This document shows positions 14,797 to 24,724 of a stretch of DNA of 64,000 bases, one piece after another. Under the pieces are notes generated by a model. The model was not told the DNA's origin and did not search any database. It was given only the letters and a program-made list of their open reading frames with translations. Both the position numbers and the translations under genes were made by a program. Source of the stretch: Planktothrix sp. GU0601_MAG3 (GTDB lineage Bacteria > Cyanobacteriota > Cyanobacteriia > Cyanobacteriales > Microcoleaceae); the NCBI GenBank assembly GCA_035193785.1, contig CP136572.1, positions 4,980,578 through 5,044,577 of the forward strand, written 5' to 3'. Position 1 is the stretch's first letter. Every line of letters begins with the position of its first letter.

Positions 14797-15279
14797 TCAA
14801 GGATGAACCGTTGTTAATTCTATTTTTTGACTATTCATTTCTAAGGGTTGATTATTCAAAACCATTGTAGTTGTTGAATTATATTCAAACCCAATCCGTT
14901 CATAAAATTTTTGTTGATGGGTTGTCATTAAATAAATTCGTTCAACTCGACACATTTTCGGATGACTTAATACCGTTTGAACTAATTTTCGACCCAACCC
15001 ACTTCCCTGATAGTTAGGATGAATCACCACATCCCAAATACTAGCTCGATAAATACCATCGGAGGTGGCTCTAGCAAACCCAATCATTTGTTCATAATCC
15101 CAAACTGTTACCACGGGTTCGCTATTTTCAATTGCAATTTTTAGATCTTCTGGACTGCGATCTTTTGCCCAAAACGCAGCAATTTTAAAGAGGTTTTGTA
15201 GTTGGTTTAAATCAACCTTTGAACGACAATCATCAAAGAGAATATGATGGTTATCCGGTGAGATGTTTTTCATATACAA
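14797..15279 (-). CDS. GNAT family N-acetyltransferase
   Basis: IGFARATSDG, VIHPNYQGSGLGR. Confidence 0.9.
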   Translation of the reverse strand: MYMKNISPDNHHILFDDCRSKVDLNQLQNLFKIAAFWAKDRSPEDLKIAIENSEPVVTVWDYEQMIGFARATSDGIYRASIWDVVIHPNYQGSGLGRKLVQTVLSHPKMCRVERIYLMTTHQQKFYERIGFEYNSTTTMVLNNQPLEMNSQKIELTTVHP

Positions 15280-15531
15280 TAATAATCCTTCAAATTATTT
15301 TTAGCAACTGATAAATACCCATGACCGTCGTGATAATATGAAATTTCAACTCATTCAGTTATCTTGACTTAAACACTAAAATATTTAACATATTAGAAAG
15401 GATAAATTGTGTGGCGAATTTAACAAAACTTCAGAAGTATTACCCCTGTTCCCTGTTCCCCAGATATTTTCCAATAAAAAACGGGCCAATATAGCCCGCT
15501 TCAGAATTCAACAAAATCAAGTTCTTATTAA

Positions 15532-15817
15532 TTAAGCTTCAACAGCTACAGGTTTCGGCTTCAATTGCAGGATAAACGCTAATTTTTTTGCGAGTTTTGC
15601 CTTTACGTTCAAAGCAAACCACACCATCAACTTTAGCGAATAAGGTATCATCGCTACCAATACCGACGTTATTACCCGGGTGGAATTTGCAACCCCGTTG
15701 ACGCACTAAAATATTACCTGCGCGAACCACTTGACCGCCAAAACGTTTGACACCCAAGCGCTGGGCGTTAGAGTCACGACCGTTACGAGTGCTACCAGTA
15801 CCTTTCTTATGAGCCAT
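15532..15817 (-). CDS. rpmA: 50S ribosomal protein L27 (+1 break at GTTTC 15552-15556)
   Basis: [28 protein letters not shown]. Confidence 0.97.
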
Positions 15818-15865
15818 TTTATTCTCCCAATTAAATGATCAGTATTTCAGATATTCAATCACAAT

Positions 15866-16050
15866 GTGAACTACCTAAACCGCCCTAATCGGGTCGGTGT
15901 AGGCTTCCGACTTCACAGACCGATGCCCCTTACTTTTACAAGCAGGTGGACTTACACAGCCTCCATCGGCAAAGACGGGGTTCCCTCCGCCTTCAGTTAA
16001 TATCCTGATTCCCTCATTCCTTCAGACGTGGGGCTTCGGCGCGAAGATGC
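15866..16050 (-). mobile_element. Non-autonomous IS200/IS605 derivative: partial left end fused to a tnpB 3' tail and right end
   Basis: Minus strand reads [24 protein letters not shown]...VKSEAY (TnpB-tail-like), then hairpin GCCTACACCG...CGGTTTAGGT and terminal TTCAC. Confidence 0.7.
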
Positions 16051-16055
16051 TAATT

Positions 16056-16431
16056 TTATGCTTCTGTTGTTGCAGGTTTCTGCGGGTTGTTCTTCCCGCT
16101 TCGCCACCACAGACCCATTTAGACTAATAGATTCAATCATCAAACGGGTAATTTCTTGACGATGACCTTGTTTTTTGCGGGTTTTCTTTTTCGGACGCAT
16201 TTTATAAACGATGATTTTGCGTCCCCGCAGATGGCGTAGTACAGTCCCTTCAACGGTGGCCCCATTCACTAAGGGCTGACCAATTTGAACTTCACCATCA
16301 TGATTGACTAACAGAACTTTATCAATGATAACGGATTCATTTTCATCGACGGGCAACAGTTCAATATCGTAGAAACGACCGGGTTCTACTTTGATTTGTT
16401 TACCGCCTGTTTCAATAATTGCGTAAGTCAT
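16056..16431 (-). CDS. rplU: 50S ribosomal protein L21 (+1 break at GTTTC 16076-16080)
   Basis: [12 protein letters not shown]...[11 protein letters not shown]; true start ATG at 16431. Confidence 0.96.
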
Positions 16432-16649
16432 GTAATTTTGGGTTAAGGTTGCCGTACAGGTAGCCCAACGGTTCCAAGTGTTTTCACTTTCCCCGAGTTT
16501 TGAGCCTTTGCCATGTCTGCACCTGTTCCGAGCAAGGTTTAGACACAATCTCCTATTATCGTTGATGATTGGTGTTTCTGTCAAGTCCAAAACCGTAGTA
16601 AGCCCTTTAGGGCTTCCTCTAATTCTTATTGACGGTTACAGGAAATTAA

Positions 16650-17084
16650 TTAACTCTCACTTTTGCTAACAGTTGGATTCGGTGTTTGTTCAGAAGATTG
16701 CTCAGTAAATAGGGTGTCAATATCAATCGCACCATAGCCTTTTGTGGCTAATAATTTGAGCATTGAACCCAATTGAAACCAAATTAATAAAGCCGTGGGA
16801 ATTACCACCACTAAACCCATAACCGCCGCAATCCAATATACGGAAATAAAGACGGCTAAACTCGAACTGACGGAGACTAGAATTAATAGGGTCATCCCCA
16901 AATAAGCAATAATTAAATTGGGGGTTTTATAATTAATAGAAGTTGAGGGTTGCGGGCTATCACTCCAGAGGGAAACGCTGTATTCTAACATATCTTTAAA
17001 AATAATACCCCATAACACAGCTAAGACCGTTGAAGCAACAACCACAATATAAATCGGGGAAACGACGTTAGATTCAGGCATCAT
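16650..17084 (-). CDS. Hypothetical multi-pass membrane protein
   Basis: Three hydrophobic segments; GIIFKDMLEY. Confidence 0.7.
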   Translation of the reverse strand: MMPESNVVSPIYIVVVASTVLAVLWGIIFKDMLEYSVSLWSDSPQPSTSINYKTPNLIIAYLGMTLLILVSVSSSLAVFISVYWIAAVMGLVVVIPTALLIWFQLGSMLKLLATKGYGAIDIDTLFTEQSSEQTPNPTVSKSES

Positions 17085-17163
17085 ATTAATGGCAAGGATG
17101 GAGGTTTTTTTACAATTCGTTACATAGTATAGCATTGTAGAGACGCGCCATGGCACGTCTCTA

Positions 17164-18928
17164 CTAGGGTTTTTTGATCAAAATCTGGCCATTGTTATCA
17201 ATTTTTAAAGGAGTTTTAGGAAAATCTTTTTGGGTGAGATTGCGAATTAAATTAATACTTTTATTGCGATTATCTAAATTAGGAATCCCTTGGGAATTTA
17301 ACTGAACAGGAATAATTTTACCTTCAATAAAATCTCCTTGAGGATTAACTTTTGCTTCCAAAATCAAAGAATATCCTAACTCCCCACTGGTGGATAAAGT
17401 TCGATATCCCATAAAATTACCGAGGGAATAAGCAATTAATTTCCCCTTATATAACTCCATAGCCCTGGGAACATGGGGGCCATGACCTAAGATTAAATCC
17501 GCTCCAGCATCAATCATACTATGGGCAAAAAGAACTAAATTACCGCGATTTTCCCCATAGAAATATTCCGTTTTATTCCTCACATTTAAAGCTCCAGTTC
17601 CTTCCGCTCCTCCATGAAAAGAAATAACCACAAAATCAGCATTTTTTTGAGCTTTTGCAACTAATTTTTTTCCCGCTTCAATATCACTTAAATTATTATG
17701 ATAATCATAATTACTAAAGGCAATAAACGCCGTTTTTACCCCTTTAACTTCATCATAAACAATTTTTCCTTTTTCTCCGACCGCCTTCATGTCCAGCTTA
17801 TTAATATTTTGAATAGTATCTTTAAACCCAGTTTCAAAAAAATCAAAGGAATGATTATTAGCCACACTTAAAATATTAAACCCCGCATCCTTGAGTAAAG
17901 TCGTATATTCGGGAGGAGTCCGAAAGGCAAAAACTAACCCGCGACCGATATTTTTAGCACTATTAGGATATTTAGTTAAAGTGCTTTCAAAATTGCCAAA
18001 CACAATATCCCCTTTCAATTCCGATTTAACCCCCGAAAATAAAGCGGTTTTGTTAGCAGGTAATTTATTAGAGGGATAATTCGTCCCAGGAATAATATCA
18101 CCGACGGCCCGAATGGTAATTCGTAAATCTGGACTAATGGGATTTTCTAGGGTTTTTAGGGTTAATTCAGATACTTGATTGAGATTTTTTAGGGTTGCGG
18201 TTTTGGAAGTTGGGTTAGGTGTGGTAATGTTTTCTGTGGAAAAGGAAAAGGCGGGAATTTGAGCTAAACTTGAAGATATTGCTGGGGGGATTTCCGTTAA
18301 AAAAGTATTAATTTTTGCTTGATTTTGATTAAATAGAATGCCCGATAGGGGCAAAACTATTAAACTAACCGAACCCATAATTAACCAAGGCTTAGAAACA
18401 GAAACTTGAGGTTTAGGAAGGGATAACCCTATTTTTTGAGGTTTTTGAGGTTCTGGGGTTTTTGGCAGGGCTGTTTCATTCTTTGTCGGGGCAATCCCCC
18501 TGTGGTTGCCCCCATCCCTGAAACGCCTGCAAATCGTGGATAGGGAGGGTAGGCGCGGGGGCACTACCCCTACAAAATCCTGGTTTCCCTGAGAATGAAA
18601 CAGCCCTGGGGTTTTTGGGGGTGTTGGGATAAATTCCCGCAAGACTAGGGTTTGTGTCCAGCCGGATTTTTTTTGACCGCGACGGGTTTCCAGAAATTGT
18701 CACCGACCCAATTACAGGGGATTCTAACCGCATTAACCCATTTTGGACAACTCGAACACTACCTTGAACATCGGGAAGTTGTTCAGACTCTAAAACGACC
18801 TGGAGATGGTGCTCTTGACGAGTAACCCTGGCGGTCACTCCCTTGGATTGTAACGCTTGGTTGATTAAAATTGCGATCGCATTAGCATCACCGGTTTTTG
18901 CCAAGGCGATAGTATTATAGCCGCTCAC
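17164..18928 (-). CDS. CapA/PGA_cap family metallophosphoesterase-fold protein with N-terminal cyanobacterial domain; carries an in-frame MITE; +1 break at GTTTC 18686-18690
   Basis: AVGDI, GNFES, SVANNHSFD, SFHGG, GHGPHV, YSLGNF; total length 3n+1. Confidence 0.88.
18466..18608. mobile_element. 143-bp MITE (ISAs1-like ends) with 10-bp target-site duplication
   Basis: TIR CAGGGCTGTTTCATTC/GAATGAAACAGCCCTG; flanks GGGTTTTTGG at 18456-18465 and 18609-18618. Confidence 0.9.
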
Positions 18929-19126
18929 TCCGATCTCCTAACAACCACTTCAATATCTTATGATTAAGTGGCATTCTGGGGGAAATACCAACTTTATGTT
19001 TTTTTAGCTAACTTTCCCTTAGCACCCCACCCAGAGCGAGTACAATGATCAGGAGTTTGTTCGATCAGGGCTTGAAACAGAATTTTCAGTATTATTTTTA
19101 TAGGCAGATCTTGGGAGGATATAACC

Positions 19127-20230
19127 TTGGCCGTTCAGTATAGTTACGATAACACCAGCAATCGTTCACCCCATTGCATTCTAATTACAGGCGGAGCGGG
19201 GTTTATTGGCTCAAACTTTGTCCATCATTGGTTTAGTGCCTATCCCGATGACCGGATTGTGGTTGTAGATGCGCTAACCTATGCGGGAAATCTGCAAAAT
19301 ATTGTTAGTTTGAAACATAAACCTAATTTTCGGTTTGTGCAAGGGGATATTTGCGATCGCCCTTTAATTGATGGGTTATTAAAAGAAGAACAGATCAATA
19401 CTATTGCCCATTTTGCCGCAGAATCCCACGTTGATCGGTCAATTATTGGCCCCGGTGCTTTTGTACAAACCAATGTAGTCGGGACATTTACTCTTTTAGA
19501 AGCCTTCCGTCAATATTGGACAGCCCAGGGTAAACCGGAACATTATCGGTTTCTACACGTTTCCACCGATGAAGTTTATGGAAGTCTTGGCCCGAATGAT
19601 CATGCTTTTACCGAACAGACTCCTTATACTCCTAATAGTCCCTATTCTGCTTCAAAAGCGGGAAGTGATCATTTAGCCAGAGCTTATTATCATACCTACG
19701 GAATGCCGACAATTATTACTAATTGCTCTAATAATTATGGCCCCTATCATTATCCTGAAAAACTAATTCCGTTAATGTGTATTAATGTTTTATTAGGAAA
19801 ACCCCTTCCGGTTTATGGCGATGGTGAAAATGTCCGAGATTGGTTGTATGTTTTAGATCATTGTCGGGCTTTAGATGCGGTAATTCATAATGGAAGAATT
19901 GGAGAAACTTACAATATTGGGGGAAATAATGAAGTTAAGAATATTGATTTAGTTAAAATGTTATGTCGGATTATGGATGAATTGGCTGTTAATTTACCCG
20001 TAAAACCTTCTAAGCAATTAATTACCTTTGTTAAAGATAGGGCTGGACATGATCGACGCTATGCCATTGATGCGACTAAAATTAAAACGGAATTAGGCTG
20101 GGCTCCCTTAGTCACCGTGGAAGAAGGGTTACGTCAAACTATTGGCTGGTATTTGACCCATCGCAGTTGGTGGGAACCTTTATTATCAGAAGAATATCAA
20201 GCCTATTATCGACAGGTTTATCCGTCTTAA
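19127..20230 (+). CDS. rfbB: dTDP-glucose 4,6-dehydratase
   Basis: ITGGAGFIGSNF, HFAAESHVDRS, VSTDEVYG, YSASK. Confidence 0.96.
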   Translation: MAVQYSYDNTSNRSPHCILITGGAGFIGSNFVHHWFSAYPDDRIVVVDALTYAGNLQNIVSLKHKPNFRFVQGDICDRPLIDGLLKEEQINTIAHFAAESHVDRSIIGPGAFVQTNVVGTFTLLEAFRQYWTAQGKPEHYRFLHVSTDEVYGSLGPNDHAFTEQTPYTPNSPYSASKAGSDHLARAYYHTYGMPTIITNCSNNYGPYHYPEKLIPLMCINVLLGKPLPVYGDGENVRDWLYVLDHCRALDAVIHNGRIGETYNIGGNNEVKNIDLVKMLCRIMDELAVNLPVKPSKQLITFVKDRAGHDRRYAIDATKIKTELGWAPLVTVEEGLRQTIGWYLTHRSWWEPLLSEEYQAYYRQVYPS

Positions 20231-20231
20231 A

Positions 20232-20323
20232 TAGGACTTACGCAGAATACCCAATTATACACCATCTGTAGGGGCGAATGGCCATTCGCCCCTACTAGAT
20301 ATGGTTGTTTTGCGTAAGTCCTG
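20232..20323. mobile_element. 92-bp MITE with AGGACTTACGCA TIRs and an internal GTAG-type palindrome
   Basis: AGGACTTACGCA...TGCGTAAGTCCTG; internal GTAGGGGCGAATGGCCATTCGCCCCTAC. Confidence 0.85.
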
Positions 20324-20329
20324 TAAGTG

Positions 20330-20671
20330 CTAAAAATCATTCAATTCCGCGATAATATCTAAACTATCTTTATCTTTATTGGCTTTATAAACAGGATGAA
20401 TAATATCCTCTAAATACAATTTACCCTCTTGATAAGATATATAAAGTTTCCAGCGTTCTGCATCATCAATTTTGGCACAATAAAGGGGAATTTGTGTCCC
20501 CTTGATGCGTTTTAGTTTGGTTTTATAAAACCGTTGATAGCGATAGCAAGATTCGTCTTGAAGTTCGGCTAAAACCTCTAAAAACCGACCTCGTAATTGT
20601 AAGGGAAGCAGTTTTAACGCTTTGCCAATAATCCCGCGTTCATCAATGAGTGATGGTGGCGACTGTAACAT
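20330..20671 (-). CDS. Hypothetical protein, possibly RelE/ParE-like fold
   Basis: 113 aa; helix-helix then KLKRIKG...LYCAKID...WKLYI pattern. Confidence 0.6.
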   Translation of the reverse strand: MLQSPPSLIDERGIIGKALKLLPLQLRGRFLEVLAELQDESCYRYQRFYKTKLKRIKGTQIPLYCAKIDDAERWKLYISYQEGKLYLEDIIHPVYKANKDKDSLDIIAELNDF

Positions 20672-21056
20672 AATTTGATTTGACCTCTGTTAAGGGTTGG
20701 GGGGGTAAGAAAGACTGATAAATTGATTCTCCAACTTGTTGATAAACCTTCGCTACGACTTGATTATCAACAACTCTAAATAAAGTAATCATGGTGCGAC
20801 CAAATATAGGATCATCATCAATAGTTAAAATCACCCGCAGGTAATAATTTACAATAAAAGAATAGAGAGATGAGCCATAATCTTCGAGGAAATCAAATTG
20901 ATGAAACTGATGCAGTCGTCTTTCGCGATCGCTTTTACCTTCTAATAATGAGGCAAAATATTCATAAATCTGTTGCACAATAATATCATGTTCCGCTTCA
21001 CTATGGGTTTTTAAATCCGCCTCAAATTCCTCAGTAGACTCAAATATAATTTCCAT
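20643..21056 (-). CDS. Hypothetical protein, possibly RelE/ParE-like fold
   Basis: MEIIFESTEEFEADLK...SSLYSFIVNYYLRVILTIDDDPIFG...ITLFRVV. Confidence 0.65.
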   Translation of the reverse strand: MEIIFESTEEFEADLKTHSEAEHDIIVQQIYEYFASLLEGKSDRERRLHQFHQFDFLEDYGSSLYSFIVNYYLRVILTIDDDPIFGRTMITLFRVVDNQVVAKVYQQVGESIYQSFLPPQPLTEVKSNYVTVATITH

Positions 21057-21164
21057 AACCCCAACCCCCAAGCTAACATTAGGTTATCCAGAATTGTTAG
21101 TAATATTATCTTAAAATAGACCGATAGCGGTTTTATTTTTGTATGGGACTTGATTACCCCGGCA

Positions 21165-21830
21165 TCAGGTGGGAATTGAAGGTTGATTCAGGAGATTAGA
21201 TAATGTATAGGTTAACTTATCCCCTATCCCCGCAACCCAATTTTCATCCTGTTGGGTATAACTTCGAGGAGCATTTGCCCCCAAAATTAAAACGCCGTAA
21301 TTACCAAGGGGTTGACAAATCACGCCCTGGGTATTTTCAGGCAAATAATCAAATTCAATTCGACCCGGATATAAAGCTAAATTAACTAAATAAATCGGCT
21401 TTTGTTTGTCTATCACCCGTTGTAAAATCGGCCCGGGTTTAACATCAGGATTATTTCCTAATACTCCCCGTCTTAATAACACTTCCCCCTGATAATAAAC
21501 CACAACAGAACGGGTGACGGTATTAGTTAATAATAAATGGGAAGCCCAGGCTAATTCCGTTTTAACTAATTCCGGTAAATCCGGTTTTAATTCAAACCCT
21601 TGTTCTCCGATTAAATCCACGGAATCTGGTGATTTGGGTTGAATTTGTTGCCACAATAAACCCGTTAAAATCAACACCGCACTTAAAATCACCCCCAAGG
21701 CATCGGAACGGGCTTGAGAGTTGAATAATTCGGGGGTTAGGAGCCGATTTATTAGGAGTAATACCCCACCCAAAACCCCAGCAAAAATAGGGAGTAATCT
21801 TAATATCTGATTGCGATCGGATTTTGCCAT
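21165..21830 (-). CDS. Cofactor assembly of complex C subunit B (CCB2/CCB4 family)
   Basis: SQARSDALG, ELAWASHLLLTNT, LYPGRIEFDYLPENTQGVICQP. Confidence 0.85.
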   Translation of the reverse strand: MAKSDRNQILRLLPIFAGVLGGVLLLINRLLTPELFNSQARSDALGVILSAVLILTGLLWQQIQPKSPDSVDLIGEQGFELKPDLPELVKTELAWASHLLLTNTVTRSVVVYYQGEVLLRRGVLGNNPDVKPGPILQRVIDKQKPIYLVNLALYPGRIEFDYLPENTQGVICQPLGNYGVLILGANAPRSYTQQDENWVAGIGDKLTYTLSNLLNQPSIPT

Positions 21831-21842
21831 GAAAGTATAGTA

Positions 21843-21950
21843 GGGAACAGGGAATAGGGAATTACGAATTACGAATTACGAATTACGAATTACGAATGGG
21901 GAATTTAAAAATTTAAGTCCCCCTTTTTTAAGGGGGATTTAGGGGGATCA
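21843..21950. repeat. GGGAAYA/TTACGAA heptamer array plus CCCCCTTTTTTAAGGGGG palindrome repeat
   Basis: Visible tandem units; a related palindrome occurs at ~62780-62812. Confidence 0.8.
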
Positions 21951-21960
21951 GATCCAGTTT

Positions 21961-22693
21961 TTAACCTACTTCTCCCGGTTCAATAATTCGTTGGAATAGA
22001 TATCCGGTTCCCCGTGCGGTTAAAATTAATTCGGGATTACTCGGATCATCTTCTAACTTTGCCCGTAGGCGAGAAATATGAACATCTACCACCCGGGTAT
22101 CGACGTGACGTTCTGGAGTATATCCCCAGACTTCTTGTAAAATTTCAGAACGGGAAAAGGGTTCACCAGAACGACTAACTAAGAGTTCTAAAAGACTAAA
22201 TTCCATCCCCGTTAGGCGGATGCGTTCATCTCCCTTGTAAACCTGTCGCTTGTTCGTATCAATCCTAATATTACTAACTTGAATGACACCGGAACTAGGA
22301 ATCCCCGAAGTTCCATTTTTATCAATCCGACGTAATACCGAGCGAATTCTCGCTTCCAGTTTCCTTGGGAGAAAAGGGCTTAACCACATAATCATCCGCC
22401 CCTAACTCCAACCCTGTAATCCGATCCGCCACATCCCCCAAGGCTGTTAACATGATAATCGGAATATCGGATTCCTTGCGTAACTCCTGACAGACCCCAT
22501 ACCCGTCTAATTTGGGCATCATCACATCCAAAACCACCAAATCCGGGTTGGTTTTGCGGAAGGTCTCTAGGGCTTCTTCTCCATCAGCCGCGGTTACGAC
22601 ATCGTAACCAATCATGGAAAGGCGAGTTTCCAAAATCCGGCGGATACTAGCCTCATCATCAACAACCAAAATTTTTTCTTTATGATTTTCCAA
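21961..22693 (-). CDS. rpaB: OmpR-family response regulator RpaB (+1 break at GTTTC 22359-22363)
   Basis: KEKILVVDDEASIRRILETRLSMIGY...WGYTPERHVDTRVVDVHISRLR. Confidence 0.95.
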
Positions 22694-22864
22694 TGGATTT
22701 CCACGCTCCCTTAGTTGGATTAAGTTACAGTTTTAATAGAAATCATAATCGAACTCGCAACCCGATCACTGGTACGGGCGGGTTCTTTTAGATCTTTGTT
22801 CATTACCTAAATCTTGATAAACCCGCCCCTACAACTCCTAAACTGATAACTGGTAACTGATTAC

Positions 22865-24478
22865 ATGGCAAAGTCTCGTACCCTTTATGTTTGTCACGAA
22901 TGTGGAGCCGAATTTCCTCAATATTTTGGCCGATGTTCCGCTTGTCATGCTTGGAATTCCCTAGAAGAACAAATTGAACAGCCCGCGCCCGCGCCTTCTC
23001 AACGCTTTAGTTGGAGTCACCTCCAAGGAGAAAACCCCGAGGGTCTAGGGGAAGTCACTAAACCCGGACAACCCCGTGCTTCTTTTCTATTATCCCAAAT
23101 TTCCGATCAATCCCAATCTCGAATGCCATCGGGTTATGGAGAGTTAGATCGGGTCTTGGGGGGTGGCATTGTACCGGGGTCTTTGGTGTTAATTGGGGGA
23201 GAACCGGGGATTGGTAAGTCTACCCTATTATTACAGGTGGCTAATCTTTTGTCCTACACCAATCGGGTGTTGTATGTGTCGGCGGAGGAGTCGGGACAAC
23301 AGGTAAAATTGCGATCGCAACGTTTAGGCGTGGGTGAGGAGGGCGAAACCGAAACCACACCGCAAACCAAACCTGAAAATGGCGGTCAACATCCCCCAAC
23401 CCCCACCGACCCCTTTACCGAACAACTGAAAAATCATCAACCCAAACAACCAACATCCGCAGAAAACGGCGAAAACACAACCACTAAGCCAGAATCTGCG
23501 AGAAGTTCTCATCAGGAACAAGATTTATATTTACTCCCTGAAACCGATTTAGAAGTAATTTTAAGGGAGTTAGAATCCCTGAAACCGCAGTTAGCAGTAA
23601 TTGATAGTATTCAGACGGTTTTTTTCTCCAGTCTCACCTCCGCACCCGGTTCGGTGGCGCAGGTGCGTGAATGTACGTCGGCGTTAATGCAGGTGGCTAA
23701 ACGGGAAAATATTACCCTATTAATTGTCGGTCACGTTACCAAAGATGGGGGTATTGCTGGGCCGAGGGTGTTAGAACATTTAGTCGATACGGTATTATAT
23801 TTTGAAGGCGATCGCTTTGCATCTCATCGCCTATTACGTTCGATGAAAAACCGTTTTGGCGCGACCCATGAAATCGGGGTGTTTGAAATGGTCGCCCATG
23901 GATTAAAGGAAGTTTCTAATCCTTCAGAATTATTTTTAGGAAATCGAGATGACTTCTCCCCTGGAACCTCCACGGTGGTAGCCTTAGAAGGCACTCGGCC
24001 GATTGTGGTAGAAATTCAAGCCCTAGTTAGTCCGGCTAGTTACGGTTCGGCGCGACGGGCGACCACCGGGGTAGATAGTGGCCGATTATTACAAATTTTA
24101 GCGGTTTTGGAAAAACGGGTGGGGATTCCCCTATCTAAATTAGATGCCTATGTGGCGTCGGTGGGGGGTTTAAAGGTCGAAGAACCGGCGGCGGACTTGG
24201 GGATAGCTATTGCTATTGTTGCTAGTTTCCGCGACCGGGTAGTTGACCCTCGGACGATTTTAATTGGGGAAATCGGCTTAGGGGGACAGGTGCGCCCGGT
24301 GTCTCAATTGGAACTACGGTTAAGGGAGGCGGCAAAATTAGGATTTAAACGGGCAATTATTCCCAAGGGTCAAAGTCCGGCGGATTTAGGATTACAAATT
24401 ATTCCGGTAAGTAAGGTGATTGATGCGATTATTGCTTCTATCCCCGCCCAACCGCCAACCATGAATGATGAATTCTGA
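22865..24478 (+). CDS. radA: DNA repair protein RadA/Sms
   Basis: CxxC zinc finger, GGEPGIGKST, KNRFG, Lon-like C-terminus. Confidence 0.96.
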   Translation: MAKSRTLYVCHECGAEFPQYFGRCSACHAWNSLEEQIEQPAPAPSQRFSWSHLQGENPEGLGEVTKPGQPRASFLLSQISDQSQSRMPSGYGELDRVLGGGIVPGSLVLIGGEPGIGKSTLLLQVANLLSYTNRVLYVSAEESGQQVKLRSQRLGVGEEGETETTPQTKPENGGQHPPTPTDPFTEQLKNHQPKQPTSAENGENTTTKPESARSSHQEQDLYLLPETDLEVILRELESLKPQLAVIDSIQTVFFSSLTSAPGSVAQVRECTSALMQVAKRENITLLIVGHVTKDGGIAGPRVLEHLVDTVLYFEGDRFASHRLLRSMKNRFGATHEIGVFEMVAHGLKEVSNPSELFLGNRDDFSPGTSTVVALEGTRPIVVEIQALVSPASYGSARRATTGVDSGRLLQILAVLEKRVGIPLSKLDAYVASVGGLKVEEPAADLGIAIAIVASFRDRVVDPRTILIGEIGLGGQVRPVSQLELRLREAAKLGFKRAIIPKGQSPADLGLQIIPVSKVIDAIIASIPAQPPTMNDEF

Positions 24479-24724
24479 TCGGAAATTAATTAAATCAAGA
24501 AAAGCGTCTAATTTCAAGAGTGAACTATTAGTCTATTTCTCCGATTATATCTGTTAAAATAAAAATGATTCAGGGGGCGTTTAGTGTGAAATCTATGGAT
24601 GCCATAGTTTTTAAATAACTCGATTTTCTTAAACAATAAGTGTATTTAAGGAAAATTCGCGTTAATTATATACAGAAATTAAGATTTAAGTGGTGATCAA
24701 AAATAATATCTACCACTGATATTT

